DNA of 64,000 nucleotides from an uncultured Acidobacteriaceae bacterium (GTDB lineage: Bacteria; Acidobacteriota; Terriglobia; Bryobacterales; Bryobacteraceae): assembly GCA_963795905.1 (NCBI GenBank), contig CAWCJG010000009.1:342097-406096 (forward strand), read 5' to 3'. Below, one piece after another: positions 1 to 10,483 of this stretch (positions within the stretch are counted from its first letter, which is position 1; every line of letters starts with the position of its first letter). A program made the translations under genes and the position numbers. A model generated the notes under the pieces. The model did no database searches and was not told the origin of the DNA. It was given only the letters and a program-made list of their open reading frames with translations.

Positions 1-640
1 TGAGTTCTTGTACGCCTTCCCCGTCCGCCCCGCTGGTGACGAAATCGGCTGCGTCCTTCAGAGCCGGGATCGCGTTCTGGACGGCCACGGAGCATTCACA
101 AAGATGCAGGAACGCATGATCGTTTTCGGCATCGCCGACTCCAACGACGTTGCGCGCAGACACTTTCAGTTCGTCGAGCGCAGCGCAGAGTCCGGTACTT
201 TTGTCGATCCCCGCGGGGAGAATCATGATGGCGTCCTTGTTGCAGATGACCTGGAGTTCCAATCCGGCGTCGCGGATCGCATCGACGACTGCTCTTTCGT
301 GCGCGCGCCAGGTTGCCACGATCACCTCGCCGACGCTCAGATCGTTAACGCCCCGCTTCCGTAAATCTGCAATGAAGGACTCGGGCGGGCTTTTGGCCAG
401 GCGGCGGGTCTTATGGGCCGCCGGGTCGTAGACGAGAGCCCCATTTTCAGCAACGATGAGGTCGCAGAGATCGAAAGGGGGAAACACCGATTGCAGATCG
501 GACAGTTCCCTTCCCGTGACGAGAACGAATTTGCGCCCAGAGTGGCGAAGCCGTTCAAGTGCCGCGATGGTCTGGCGGCTGACAATTCCATGTTGCGCAA
601 GCGTGCCGTCGTAATCGGAAGCAAGCAACAGGTAGCGCAC
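1..640 (-). CDS. HAD-IIB (Cof/SPP-like) family hydrolase; 3-prime end runs off the window
   Basis: Own minus-strand translation from GTG at 640: VRYLLLASDYDGTLAQHG...LVTGREL...GVGDAENDHAF. HAD motif I DxDGT and motif IV GDxxND are present. No stop before position 1, so it is not in the ORF track. Confidence 0.75.
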   Translation of the reverse strand, partial: MRYLLLASDYDGTLAQHGIVSRQTIAALERLRHSGRKFVLVTGRELSDLQSVFPPFDLCDLIVAENGALVYDPAAHKTRRLAKSPPESFIADLRKRGVNDLSVGEVIVATWRAHERAVVDAIRDAGLELQVICNKDAIMILPAGIDKSTGLCAALDELKVSARNVVGVGDAENDHAFLHLCECSVAVQNAIPALKDAADFVTSGADGEGVQEL

Positions 641-643
641 AAG

Positions 644-1228
644 TCAGCCACTGGTTTTGAGGCCGATCCACTTCGGCTCGCGTGGGACCACCGCCGTCTC
701 AATTCGGGTCAGCAAATCTGCGATATCGCCACTGACTAACACGAGTTCGCGGTTCGATTTCCGCAGAAAACCTTCCTCAACGGCTCGGTCAGCGAGCTGC
801 ACGAGAGGGTCGTAATAGTTACGTACGTTCAGCAGGCCGCACGGCTTTGACTGGAGACCGATTTGCGTCCAGGTCAAAGCCTCGAAGAACTCCTCAAAGG
901 TGCCGAATCCGCCCGGCAAGGCAATGAAGGCTTCGGAGAGTTCGGACATCAATGCTTTCCGTTCGTGCATGGACGAGACGACCCGCAAATCCGGAAGTCC
1001 GCGATGGGCGACCTCTTTGTCGAAGAGAAAGCGCGGAATCACGCCGACGACATCGCCGCCAGCTTCCAGGCAGGAATCGGCGAGGATACCCATCAGCCCA
1101 GCGCGCGAACCTCCGTATACGAGCCGTAGTCCGCGGCGCGCGAATTCGCACCCGGTTCGGCGTGCCGCTTCCACGTATGCGGGGTGAAAACCGGAACTGG
1201 ACCCACAGAAGACGCAACAGGAACGCAT
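644..1228 (-). CDS. LOG family protein (TIGR00730, cytokinin riboside 5-prime-monophosphate phosphoribohydrolase-like)
   Basis: 194-aa ORF with an ATG start. Contains GGSRAGLMG and the LOG signature PGGFGTFEE. Stop is 3 nt from the HAD start codon. Confidence 0.9.
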   Translation of the reverse strand: MRSCCVFCGSSSGFHPAYVEAARRTGCEFARRGLRLVYGGSRAGLMGILADSCLEAGGDVVGVIPRFLFDKEVAHRGLPDLRVVSSMHERKALMSELSEAFIALPGGFGTFEEFFEALTWTQIGLQSKPCGLLNVRNYYDPLVQLADRAVEEGFLRKSNRELVLVSGDIADLLTRIETAVVPREPKWIGLKTSG

Positions 1229-1255
1229 GCCGAAGTTTCAGGTTAGCGGACGGCC

Positions 1256-1936
1256 GTGTTCGACCTCGCGCGTCATCATATGGGCATGCCTCCGGCAAAC
1301 TATGACGCAGTACTCGTACTCGGCGGTGGGGTCCGCGAAGGCGGTGTGTTGCCAACGTGGGTGGAGCGCAGATTGGACGCGGCGCTTGCGGTCCCCGGCG
1401 AACCGCTGCTTATAACCCTGAGCGCTGGTACGACGCACCGGCCGCCACCACGCGATGCGAGCGGCTTTCCCCTATTCGAAGCAACTGCTTCCGGGACGTA
1501 TCTCTTGAATCGGGGCGTCCCCGCCGAACGCATCCTGATCGAAGCATGCTCCTGGGACACCATCGGAAACGCGTACTTCTCACGCGTGATGCACACGCAA
1601 CCGGCGGAACTGAAGCGGCTGCTGATTGTAACCTCCGATTGGCACATGCCGCGCACGCGCTTCCTCTTCGATTGGGTCTATGGGCTGCCGCCATTGCCGT
1701 TTGCATTCGAACTGGATTACCAGGAAGCGCATGATCCTGAGATGAGCGAGCAGCTCTCTACGGAACGGCTCCGCAAGGAACAGGCGAGTGTAGAGCTCGT
1801 GCGCGGATTGGCCGGGCAGATCGGCACGCTTCCAGATCTCCATCGCTGGTTGTTCACGCGACACGAGGCTTACAAGGCAGGAGGCAGCGCGTTCCGGAGT
1901 GGCGCTCTTGCAGGCGGCGCGCTCGACTCTTATTGA
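1256..1936 (+). CDS. YdcF/DUF218 family protein
   Basis: 226-aa ORF with YDAVLVLGGG ... ILIEACSWDTIGNA ... LLIVTSDWHMPR, typical of DUF218. Start is ambiguous (GTG 1256, ATG 1280 or 1286). Confidence 0.8.
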   Translation: MFDLARHHMGMPPANYDAVLVLGGGVREGGVLPTWVERRLDAALAVPGEPLLITLSAGTTHRPPPRDASGFPLFEATASGTYLLNRGVPAERILIEACSWDTIGNAYFSRVMHTQPAELKRLLIVTSDWHMPRTRFLFDWVYGLPPLPFAFELDYQEAHDPEMSEQLSTERLRKEQASVELVRGLAGQIGTLPDLHRWLFTRHEAYKAGGSAFRSGALAGGALDSY

Positions 1937-1947
1937 AGACGCCGCGA

Positions 1948-3234
1948 TCAATGCAGGTCGGAGAAAAGATCAGGCTCATCGCGCACAGCGGCGCGGGTGA
2001 CCTCGGGTAACGGAAGAGGCAGCGGAGGAGGCTCTTCGCCCTTATCGATGCCGCGCAGCTTGCGGTTGATCACGCGTGTTCGGGTCAGCCCTTCTTCCAC
2101 GGTCTTGCTCGCCTGCTCCAGCTTGCTGCGGACCTTTTCCAACACCTCGGCATATTTCGCAAATTCGGTTCTGACACTGCCGAGCAAACTCCAGACTTCG
2201 CCGGAACGCCTCTGGATGGCAAGCGTGCGGAAGCCCATCTGCAAGCTGTTAAGAAGCGCCGCAAGCGTGGTCGGACCAGTGACTGCGATGCGAAGATCAC
2301 GCTGCAGGGATTCAACGAGGCCGGGACGGCGCAGCACTTCAGCAAACAGGCTCTCCGTCGGCAGATACATGATGGCGAAGTCGGTGGTCGCGGGCGGGGC
2401 GACATACTTGGCGCGAATGTCTCTTGCGCAGGCGCGCACGCGGGCTTCGAGTTGCTTTACGGAGGCGTCAATGGCGGCGCGGTCGGCCCGTTCGGTGGCT
2501 TCAACTAGGCGAAGATAGTCTTCCTGCGGAAACTTGGAATCGATAGGCAACCACACGCTGCTGCCCTGTTCGACGCCCGGCAGTTTGATCGCGAACTCAA
2601 CGCGCTCTGCCGTATTCGTAGTTGCGACGTTCCGCCCATATTGGTCGGGGCTCAGGATTTCATCGAGCAGCGCGGCGAGTTGAATTTCGCCCCAGGCCCC
2701 GCGCGCCCGCACATCGCTTAAAACCTTCTTGAGATCGCCGACGCCGCTGGCGAGGGTTTGCATTTCGCCGAGACCTTTGTAGACCTGTTCGAGGCGTTCG
2801 CTGACCAGTTGGAAGGACTCGTTGAGACGTTTCTCCAGCGTGCCCTGTAATTGCTCGTCAACCGTGCGGCGCATCTGTTCGAGTTTGACGGCGTTGTCCT
2901 GCTGCAACGCATGCAGACGCTGATCGACGACGGAGCGCACAGCTTCGAGTTGCGCTCCTTGGGTCATGCCCAGTTCGGAGACGCTCTTCACGACAGTGCC
3001 GTGGAGTTCTTCGCGAAGTTGGCGCGCGGAGTTGATGGACTCAGTGCGGTTCCCGGTGAGATCTTCGCGCAAGCACCGTTCGGTTTTTTCAAATGCCCGT
3101 TCGAGGGCATCAAGGCGGCCAAGGAGCGGGGTCAAATCAAGCGACGGGCGCTCGGGGCGCCGTAGCAGCAGAACAAGCAACCCTACGGTCGCCACCGCCG
3201 CCACCGTGATCGTAAGGAGCCACAGAGAAAACAT
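1948..3234 (-). CDS. rmuC: DNA recombination protein RmuC
   Basis: N-terminal TM, long coiled coil, then a conserved C-terminal block YLPTESLFAEV...IAVTGPTTLAALLNSLQMGF. The ORF track starts at TTG 3237; ATG at 3234 is more likely. Confidence 0.9.
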   Translation of the reverse strand: MFSLWLLTITVAAVATVGLLVLLLRRPERPSLDLTPLLGRLDALERAFEKTERCLREDLTGNRTESINSARQLREELHGTVVKSVSELGMTQGAQLEAVRSVVDQRLHALQQDNAVKLEQMRRTVDEQLQGTLEKRLNESFQLVSERLEQVYKGLGEMQTLASGVGDLKKVLSDVRARGAWGEIQLAALLDEILSPDQYGRNVATTNTAERVEFAIKLPGVEQGSSVWLPIDSKFPQEDYLRLVEATERADRAAIDASVKQLEARVRACARDIRAKYVAPPATTDFAIMYLPTESLFAEVLRRPGLVESLQRDLRIAVTGPTTLAALLNSLQMGFRTLAIQRRSGEVWSLLGSVRTEFAKYAEVLEKVRSKLEQASKTVEEGLTRTRVINRKLRGIDKGEEPPPLPLPLPEVTRAAVRDEPDLFSDLH

Positions 3235-3263
3235 CAAGAACGACTAGTCACTTCGCTTCACAA

Positions 3264-3791
3264 TTACTTGACGTCCAGGGGCGGGGTGAGAATGGCCTGC
3301 ACGTCCGCCGGGAGTTTGTCGCCATTGGCCAACAAAAGGCTGACTTGCCACATCTCGGTCTCGCTCATCGCCTTTGAAAAGCCAGGCATACCTGTGAGCC
3401 GGATACCGTTTGCGACTTTCCAGTAGGTTTCACCGGGCGGATCGTCCGTAACGCCGTGGCCTTTGAACAGATGCGGCGGCTTCGGGAATTCACCCTCCGC
3501 AATCGCACTGAGCGGCTGGCCCGGTAATCCGTGACAAACGGCACAGTGCTGACGATAGATGTGCGCGCCATTCGTGTAGTTCTCGTCGTTGGCGGGAATC
3601 GGAACATTGTGCGGCATTTCTTTTTCGACCCGCGCATTCAGATCCCATCGTGCGAATTGCTTTTCAAAGGGCATAGCCTGCGCAGACGTGCCGACCGGTG
3701 CGAAGCCGAAGCGGAAATAGACGAAGACGGCCAGAGGTATGGCGATGAGGCCAAGAATGAGCCCAATCAAGAATCGCATGTCAGCAACCAT
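3264..3791 (-). CDS. membrane-anchored c-type cytochrome (mono-haem)
   Basis: Internal ATG at 3791 gives MVADMRFLIGLILGLIAIPLAVF (TM anchor). CAVCH haem-binding motif and a distal Met (LTGMPGF). The upstream part of the 263-aa track ORF is Arg/Ser/Thr-rich noise. Confidence 0.8.
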   Translation of the reverse strand: MVADMRFLIGLILGLIAIPLAVFVYFRFGFAPVGTSAQAMPFEKQFARWDLNARVEKEMPHNVPIPANDENYTNGAHIYRQHCAVCHGLPGQPLSAIAEGEFPKPPHLFKGHGVTDDPPGETYWKVANGIRLTGMPGFSKAMSETEMWQVSLLLANGDKLPADVQAILTPPLDVK

Positions 3792-4302
3792 AGTAAGCTT
3801 ACGTTTCTTGCAAGTTCTGGGTTTGATCTCGGATACACACGGATTGCTACGCCCATCGGCGGTTGACGCCTTGCGTGGGGTGGACTTGGTAGTGCATGCC
3901 GGCGACGTCGGCGCCCCTGAGGTCCTCGACCGCCTGCGGCAAATCGCGCCAGTTATTGCTGTACGCGGAAATGTGGATCGAGGGGGATGGGCGAGCGAGT
4001 TGCCCAAGGACAAGATCGTCGAAACAGAGTGCGGCCCGCTGTATGTCCTGCACAATCTCGCAGATCTGGACCTTGATCCAGCAGCGGCTGGCTTTGCGTT
4101 TGTGGTGAGCGGTCACTCGCACAAAGCGCAGCATGAGCGGCGCGGCAATGTGACTTACATCAATCCGGGCGCCGCAGGCCAGAAAAGGTTCCGGCTGCCG
4201 GTAACGCTCGCGCGGCTGCGCGTGGACAAGACGGAGTACCAACTGGAGTTCATCGATCTGGAAGCGGGAACTGCCTATTCCATCATTCTGCCCGCAACAT
4301 GA
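3778..4302 (+). CDS. metallophosphoesterase, YfcE/MJ0936 family
   Basis: Motifs ISDTHG, HAGDV, RGNVD, SGHSH, INPGA. The start is either ATG 3778 or TTG about 3808. Divergent from the cytochrome gene and overlapping it slightly. Confidence 0.8.
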   Translation: MSATIVSLRFLQVLGLISDTHGLLRPSAVDALRGVDLVVHAGDVGAPEVLDRLRQIAPVIAVRGNVDRGGWASELPKDKIVETECGPLYVLHNLADLDLDPAAAGFAFVVSGHSHKAQHERRGNVTYINPGAAGQKRFRLPVTLARLRVDKTEYQLEFIDLEAGTAYSIILPAT

Positions 4303-6931
4303 CTACCGGATCGATGTGCGACACCCGCACTACAGCCGGCAGGGCGGACAGGAGAGCTGTCGCGAACAAGACTAGAGCGGGACCAGCAAGCATGAGTGGA
4401 TCGGTTCCTCTTACGTCGTAGAGCAACGCCTGAACATAATGGGCCAGGTAAATGCCCGCGGCGGCGCCGGTCACTGACCCTATCGTCATCATCAACAAGA
4501 CTTGCGATGTGGCCTGCCACGCGACGTGGCCAATTCGCGCACCGACTGCGATGCGAATTCCGAATTCCCGTTGTCGCTGCTGCACCGAATAATTGAGCAC
4601 TCCATACAGACCAATCGCCGCAAGCAAAAGCGCCACGCTTGAAAAGAAGAGCGCCAACATCGCTAGTAGCCGTTCGCGCACGGTCTGTGCGCGCACCAGT
4701 TCGCTCTGGGTGCGGACATCGCTGACGCGCAACCCGGCACGTGCTCGTGTGATTACCTGGCGCGCCGCAGAAGCGACCGCAAATGGATCGGTGCCGGAGG
4801 TTCGGACTAGGAACGTTTCCTCAGCTTCCGGTTGCCCGACGCCCTGAGCATTTACTTCGTGGAAAGGAATATAGGCGACCGGCAGGATGGCATCCCTGAG
4901 ACTACGATAGGGAGCATCGGCAATCATGCCCACAACCTGATAATGATTTTCCCGTTCCTGGAAAGTCCTTCCGATTGGATTCTTTCCATCGAAGAAGGTC
5001 TTCGCGAAAGTCTGGTTGACGATTGCCTGGCCTGGAGCCGTGTCTCCAGCGCGAAAATCTCTCCCGGCAAGCAGGGGTATTTTCATCGTCTCCGACCAGC
5101 CCGGCGACGTTGCAAGCAAATAGGTGACGATCGGACTCGGAGCTGCGCCATTCACCGAAACGAAGTTATTCCATGCCCCTCCCGACAGCAACGGCCAGCC
5201 CGCAACCGCAACTCTTTCGACCCCTGGAATATTCCGGAGGTTGTCGGCGACTTGATCCCACACCACCGCAGGCTGGGCTTGTTCTGCAAACGCGTCCAAC
5301 AGAAGAAGCCTTTCGGGGGAGAAGCCCAACGATCGTTGGGACAGCCTCGCGAATGTGGTAACGAAGAGTCCAGAAACAAAAATGACGAGAAAACAAAAGC
5401 CGACTTGTGCGACGATCATCCCGTGCATCAGGCGATGCCGCGTGTGAGGATCCTCGTCGCCTCGGAAAGCGCTGACCGGCTTGACTGTTGAGGCGCGAAG
5501 AGCAGGGAGTAATCCAAAGAGCAGCATGGCGGCAAAGATCAACCCGACCCCGAAGCCGAAGACTCTCCAATCCGCAGGGAGCAGCAGGCGGACCGGATTG
5601 CCGGGCGACTGGATCATGCTCACCACAAACGGAGCTGAACGCCACGCGATGAGCGCCCCGAGACCGGCCGCAAGCGTTGCCATGAGGGCGCTTTCAACGA
5701 GAACCATCTGTACCAGGCGGCTCCGACCAGCCCCAATCGCGACACGCAGCGCCATCTCTCGCACTCGCACGGCCGACTGGGCCAGCTTGAGATTGGCAAC
5801 ATTGGCGGAGGCGATCAGTAGAACCATCACGACAAGCACGCCGAGGACTCCGAGAGCTTTGCGATATTCTTCCTGAAGGCTTGAAATGCCGGCACGCGCT
5901 GGCTCGATCAGCAGCTTTGCATTAATGATTTTCTGAAAGAAGTCCTTTTCCGGACCGACACTCCCCTTAGCCCGCTCCGTTTCGAATGCGCGGCTGATTG
6001 CGCTCAGTTTCTGACGTAACGGTTCTAACTTAGTCCCTGGCTTCAGGAATACAAGCGTCCTGTGCCAGTTTGCATCGGAGCGCGTGACAGCGGGATTCAT
6101 CATGACAGGCAGAAACACGTCGGTTATCGTTCCCGGCTCGGTGCCACTGAAAGGAGCATCCACTACGCCGGTGATTTCATAAAGACTTTTGCCCAATCGC
6201 AACTTGCGGCCAATCACTTGAGGATCTTGCCCAAAGCGCCGCGTCCAGTAGTCGTACGAGAGCACGGCGTAGGGATCAGCGCCCGGCTTGCGGTCGTTGT
6301 TTTGCGTCAGCAATCTACCGAGGGCAGGCCGGAGTCCGAACGCTTGGAACATCGCGCCAGAGGCGTACTGCACATACGCCTTTTCCATTTCTTGTTCAGA
6401 CCCGTATGTCAAGTCCGTTCGACTGGCCTCGGAGACGGCAATCAATTCGGCCTGATCCATCACGGCGTCACGCATGAGCCTGAAGGAGGGATAGGCCCAC
6501 ATATCGGATCGAATGGGCTTGCCGTCGAACGTGAAGATCTCACGCGAGAGGGCGTAGAGCCGTTGAGCATTTGCCACAGGCAAGGGACGCCAGAGCAATG
6601 CATCCATGAGTCGAAATGCTCCAACGCATGCCCCGATGGCGAGAGAAAGCGAAAGGATCGCCACCGCTGAATTTACCTTGTTATGTTTGAGCTGCGACCA
6701 TCCAAACAAAACGTCGGCACGCAGTGATTCGATCCATCCCACGATCCGGATTTCATGGCTAGCCTGCCTCTGTTGTCGCTGCTGGTAATCGAGTCCGAGG
6801 GCCCTCCGTGCTTCGGCGGGATCGCGCCCCTCCGCGACAGCCTCCGCTATATGCGCCTCCATCTCTTCCGCAATCTCATGGTCTAATCGCTCTCCGCGAA
6901 GCGCATTAGCTACACGTGACCATAACGACAT
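4283..6931 (-). CDS. ADOP family duplicated FtsX-like permease (MacB-like periplasmic domains, two FtsX modules)
   Basis: 882-aa uninterrupted ORF. N-terminal permease prefix helix (HEIAEEMEAHIAEAV) and two TM1-large loop-FtsX repeats. Its ATG is 1 nt after the PadR stop. Confidence 0.9.
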   Translation of the reverse strand: MSLWSRVANALRGERLDHEIAEEMEAHIAEAVAEGRDPAEARRALGLDYQQRQQRQASHEIRIVGWIESLRADVLFGWSQLKHNKVNSAVAILSLSLAIGACVGAFRLMDALLWRPLPVANAQRLYALSREIFTFDGKPIRSDMWAYPSFRLMRDAVMDQAELIAVSEASRTDLTYGSEQEMEKAYVQYASGAMFQAFGLRPALGRLLTQNNDRKPGADPYAVLSYDYWTRRFGQDPQVIGRKLRLGKSLYEITGVVDAPFSGTEPGTITDVFLPVMMNPAVTRSDANWHRTLVFLKPGTKLEPLRQKLSAISRAFETERAKGSVGPEKDFFQKIINAKLLIEPARAGISSLQEEYRKALGVLGVLVVMVLLIASANVANLKLAQSAVRVREMALRVAIGAGRSRLVQMVLVESALMATLAAGLGALIAWRSAPFVVSMIQSPGNPVRLLLPADWRVFGFGVGLIFAAMLLFGLLPALRASTVKPVSAFRGDEDPHTRHRLMHGMIVAQVGFCFLVIFVSGLFVTTFARLSQRSLGFSPERLLLLDAFAEQAQPAVVWDQVADNLRNIPGVERVAVAGWPLLSGGAWNNFVSVNGAAPSPIVTYLLATSPGWSETMKIPLLAGRDFRAGDTAPGQAIVNQTFAKTFFDGKNPIGRTFQERENHYQVVGMIADAPYRSLRDAILPVAYIPFHEVNAQGVGQPEAEETFLVRTSGTDPFAVASAARQVITRARAGLRVSDVRTQSELVRAQTVRERLLAMLALFFSSVALLLAAIGLYGVLNYSVQQRQREFGIRIAVGARIGHVAWQATSQVLLMMTIGSVTGAAAGIYLAHYVQALLYDVRGTDPLMLAGPALVLFATALLSALPAVVRVSHIDPVVMLRAE

Positions 6932-6932
6932 A

Positions 6933-7262
6933 TCAGACTGTCCTCAAGACCTGGTTGATCGCCGCCGAAGCCGAATCCCACCGGGACTCTTCGATTCCCA
7001 ACTGCTTCCTTCCGAGAGCTGTCAATTCATATACGCGCGCTCGTCGTCCGGTGTCCTTCTTGATCCATTCCGCGCGAATCCACCCAGCCTCTTCCATACG
7101 ATAGAGAGCCGGGTATAGAGAACCCTCCTCAAGACGCAAGACGTCGTGGGAAGACGTTTTGACGGCAGCCATGATGCCGTAGCCATGTGTCCTTGGCCGG
7201 CGCGAGAGTATCTTCAACACCAGTAGATCAAGAGTGCCTTGTAGCGCGTCAGGCTTTCTCAT
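6933..7262 (-). CDS. PadR family transcriptional regulator (acidobacterial type, paired with ADOP)
   Basis: 109 aa with LDLLVLKIL...HGYGI...EGSLYPALYRMEEAGWI...RRARVYELT, the PadR winged helix. Confidence 0.9.
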   Translation of the reverse strand: MRKPDALQGTLDLLVLKILSRRPRTHGYGIMAAVKTSSHDVLRLEEGSLYPALYRMEEAGWIRAEWIKKDTGRRARVYELTALGRKQLGIEESRWDSASAAINQVLRTV

Positions 7263-7370
7263 GGTTAGACAACTATATATAGACTGCTAAGTATGAGATG
7301 TCAAGTCCCGAATGTTGCCGGGGTTGCTGTAAACGTCAAAACCGCGAATCACGCTGGTTCGTGAGAAGAG

Positions 7371-7553
7371 TTACCGGCTACCTGTTGCGGCCTGATAGAT
7401 CACGACCGCAACCATGAAAAGTACGTAGGCTCGCAGAAACCACAGAAGCGCGATTTCCCAACGTTTGAGTTGACGGCGCGGAATGGGCAGCTGCCTTGCT
7501 GCGGCGAGTTGCTCCGGTTCTAGTGCGGAGAGGAGGTCGGCATCGTCAAGCAT
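7371..7553 (-). CDS. hypothetical small membrane protein
   Basis: 60-aa ORF starting 5 nt after the NRAMP stop. One hydrophobic helix (IALLWFLRAYVLFMVAVVIYQA). No recognisable family. Confidence 0.4.
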   Translation of the reverse strand: MLDDADLLSALEPEQLAAARQLPIPRRQLKRWEIALLWFLRAYVLFMVAVVIYQAATGSR

Positions 7554-7558
7554 GGTGT

Positions 7559-8937
7559 TTAGTGATGGACTCCTCCCAGTAAGGCGAACAGATGAGGAGA
7601 AAGAACGCTGACGCCGAACAGGATACCTGCCGCGGTAAGCACCAGGACAACGCCCGCGGTAATCAGATTCAGCCAGCGCGGGCTTGCCATGTCGCCCACC
7701 AACTCACGATCGTTCACGAGCATATACAGGAAGACGATGGCGGGCGGCATCGCTAACACAGCGATGACGTTCACGATCAGCACAACGTAGACGAGTGGCA
7801 GGCCCGGGATGAGCACGATGGCAGCGGCCGCTACCGGCACAGAGGCAGAGGACTGCCGTAAAACGAACCACCTTCGCGGATGGGGAGATTGAGGCTGTGC
7901 GGACGCCGGGCGACTTCTCCAAACGCGTATGCCGATGAGGTGGAGATCGTGATGGATGCAACGATCCCGGCCTCTACGATGCCGAGAGCGAACAGCGACG
8001 GCGCCGAAGCGTCCAATGATGGGCTGCAGGGCCTGTGCGAACTCGGCCGCCTGGAAGTTTTCGGCCGACATGTGGTGCGTGAAGAGAGGCGTCGTTATGA
8101 GTACCGTTGCGATCGCGGCAGCCGCGGCGAGTGCCGCTCCAAGGATGGTGTCGAAACGTCCGAAACGCAAGATCGCGTTTCGTCATGCCTTTGTCAACCA
8201 CCGCGCTTTGCTGAAAGAAGAGCATCCAGGGGGTGACGGTGGCGCCGATATCGGCAAGAACGATGAGGAGCGTATCCTTGTCGAATCCGCCGGGCAGAGG
8301 GCTCCATGTAACTAATGAATGAGTAACGGCGTGCCAATCCGGGTGCGACATCAGCGCGATCGGAATAAAGATGAGATTGCAGGCAGCGGCTGTGAGTGTG
8401 ATGCGCTCCCAGGTCCAATAACGATGGCTTAACAGAGCAGCGAACAAAACAGCAAGGCCGATCAGCATGGCGGCCCAGGCCGGCACACCGAAGAAGCCAA
8501 GACCCGCGCGAACGGCAATGAACTCCGTAATGAGCGTGAGGAAATTGCCAATCGCAAGATCGATCAGGGAAAACCAGCCCCAGAATGGGCCGAAGCGTTC
8601 AAAGATCAGTTCCGCATGCCCGCGTTGCGTGGCCGCAGCAAGGCGCACCGTCATTTCCTGGACAACGATCGCCATCGCGAAGGTCAGGATGATGAAGGGG
8701 ATAAAGAAGCCAATACCGAACTTTGCGCCCGTGGCGGCATAGGACAGCATGCTGGGGCCATCGTTTTCGCCCGAGCATGACGAGGATGCCAGGTCCGACC
8801 AGCAGCCACAAAAGGCGGAACCGGCACCACGCGCCGCCACGGGCGCGAGCAGCATGGACACGGGCCCGGTCCTGCGCGCGGTCCAAATCTTCGTGGGTTG
8901 CGAGCGCTGGACGGCCAGCCACAATGAAATTAGGCAT
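7559..8937 (-). pseudogene. NRAMP-superfamily divalent metal transporter, reading frame broken at least 4 times (pseudogene or sequence error)
   Basis: Three minus-strand frames join into one NRAMP-like protein: ...LLVGPGILVMLG / ENDGPSMLSYAATGAKFG...ATVTPWMLFFQQS...DLAF / RFGRFDTILG...IIGRFGA / SAPSLFALGIVEAG...SFYG / ...LVNDRELVG. Frame changes near 8765, 8175, 8000 and 7855. Confidence 0.8.
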
Positions 8938-9055
8938 GGCTAAATTCAGTGTAGCACCGACGATCCTCGATGTTATGTATCGTGACTTAACGGCGCAGAG
9001 GAAGGGTCAGCTGAGGCTAGAGGCTGAGACTCCTCGTGTGCGAACCTGAAATCGG

Positions 9056-10396
9056 ATGAAAGCAGCGGACGAACCGCTCCCCACAGTCGTGATCGTCGGA
9101 CGTCCGAATGTAGGCAAGTCCACTTTATTCAATGCGATTATTGCGGGACCGGCGCTCGATCGTGGGCGATGAACCGGGCATCACTCGCGATCGCATTTAC
9201 GGGGAAGCTCTAGCATCGGGGCAAGAAGTTCGGCATGATCGACACCGGCGGGATCGTGGTCCACGACGCCGCGCTGATTCCGAGTGAAATTCTAAAGCAG
9301 GCGCAAGTTGCATTGGAGATCGCGTCGCACATCCTGTTCGTCATTGACGGCCGGACGGAAATCACCGCGGCGGATCGCGATCTGGCGCAACTGCTGCGGC
9401 GGCTGAGTAAGCCGGTGACGCTGGTCGTGAACAAGATCGATGTGCCTGCGCGCGAGAGTCTGGTACCGGAGTTTTATTCCATGGGTTTGGGTGAACCCGC
9501 GGCCGTTTCGGCAGAGCACCGGTTAGGGCTCAAGGCCTGCTGGACATGGTTACGGCGCCGTTCCCTGCAGAGGCGGATGCGGAGGCCACGGAGGCTGCCG
9601 AGGGCGAGCAGGAAGGCGAAGAGAAGCAGCAGCGGCGCATCAAAGTCGCGATTATCGGGCGGCCGAACGTCGGGAAGTCCACCATGTTGAATGCGCTGGT
9701 CGGCGCCGAGAGGGCCATCGTTTCGCCAATCGCAGGCACGACACGCGACGCCGTCGATGAAAGCATCAGTCGAGGGAAATACCACCTATCGGTTTGTGGA
9801 CACGGCAGGAATTCGCCGCAAAGGCAAGACCACCGAGATGACCGAGAAACTGAGCGTCGTGATGGCGCGGCGGCACATCCGGATGGCGAACGTGGTGCTG
9901 CTGATGGTCGATGCGACGGAAGGCGTTGTGGGCTCCGACGCGACGATTGCCGGATATGCGCACGAGGAAGGCCGCTGCGTCATCGTCGTGGTGAACAAGT
10001 GGGATGCGGCTGGCGACGAAAAGGGCAAGCGCGCATTCACCGAAACCGTCCGGGACGAACTGAAGTTTCTCGATTATGCGCCGATCATCTTTGCATCGGC
10101 CAAGAACAAGGAAGGAATCCGGCGCATCTTTTCCACCATCCGGCGCTGTTTTGATAATGCGTCGAAGCGGGTCGAGGACGGGCGAATTAAACCGGTTCGT
10201 TGCCGGGCTGAAGTTCGAGAGCGACATCAAGATTTACTACATGACACAAGCTTCCGTACGGCCTCCGACATTCGTAGTGTTCACCGACAAGGCGGACAAG
10301 ATGCACTTTTCGGTCGAGCGATTCCTGATCAACCGGCTTCGCGAACAGTTTGGATTCGACGGGACTCCGATCGTGATCCGAACTAAGCGCCGTTGA
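9056..10396 (+). pseudogene. der: ribosome-biogenesis GTPase Der (EngA), frame broken about 5 times (most likely sequence error)
   Basis: Two GTPase domains: [12 protein letters not shown] and [35 protein letters not shown], and a KH-like C-terminus PPTFVVFTD...RFLINRLRE. The pieces lie in different frames, with changes near 9150, 9233, 9528, 9770 and 10180. Confidence 0.85.
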
Positions 10397-10483
10397 ATGC
10401 GATCTGTTACACTAGAATTTAAGCCTCTTCAGAGCGCGCCCACGGTGTATTGCGTCCTGGCAAAGGAGTTGTCTTCCATTCTC

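Noticed and set aside
3792-4055. N-terminal 88-codon extension of the cytochrome c ORF (track ORF 3264-4055)
   Set aside because: The extension is Arg/Ser/Thr/Pro-rich and overlaps the well-supported metallophosphoesterase gene on the other strand. The internal ATG at 3791 gives a proper TM anchor.
8938-9055. Possible Mn (yybP-ykoY) riboswitch upstream of the NRAMP gene
   Set aside because: No four-way-junction-like conserved segments could be recognised. The region is a short divergent promoter gap shared with der.
10397-10483. Possible SAM riboswitch in the metK leader
   Set aside because: The leader is only 87 nt, and I cannot recognise SAM-I, SAM-II or SAM/SAH conserved cores in it. A covariance-model search would be needed.
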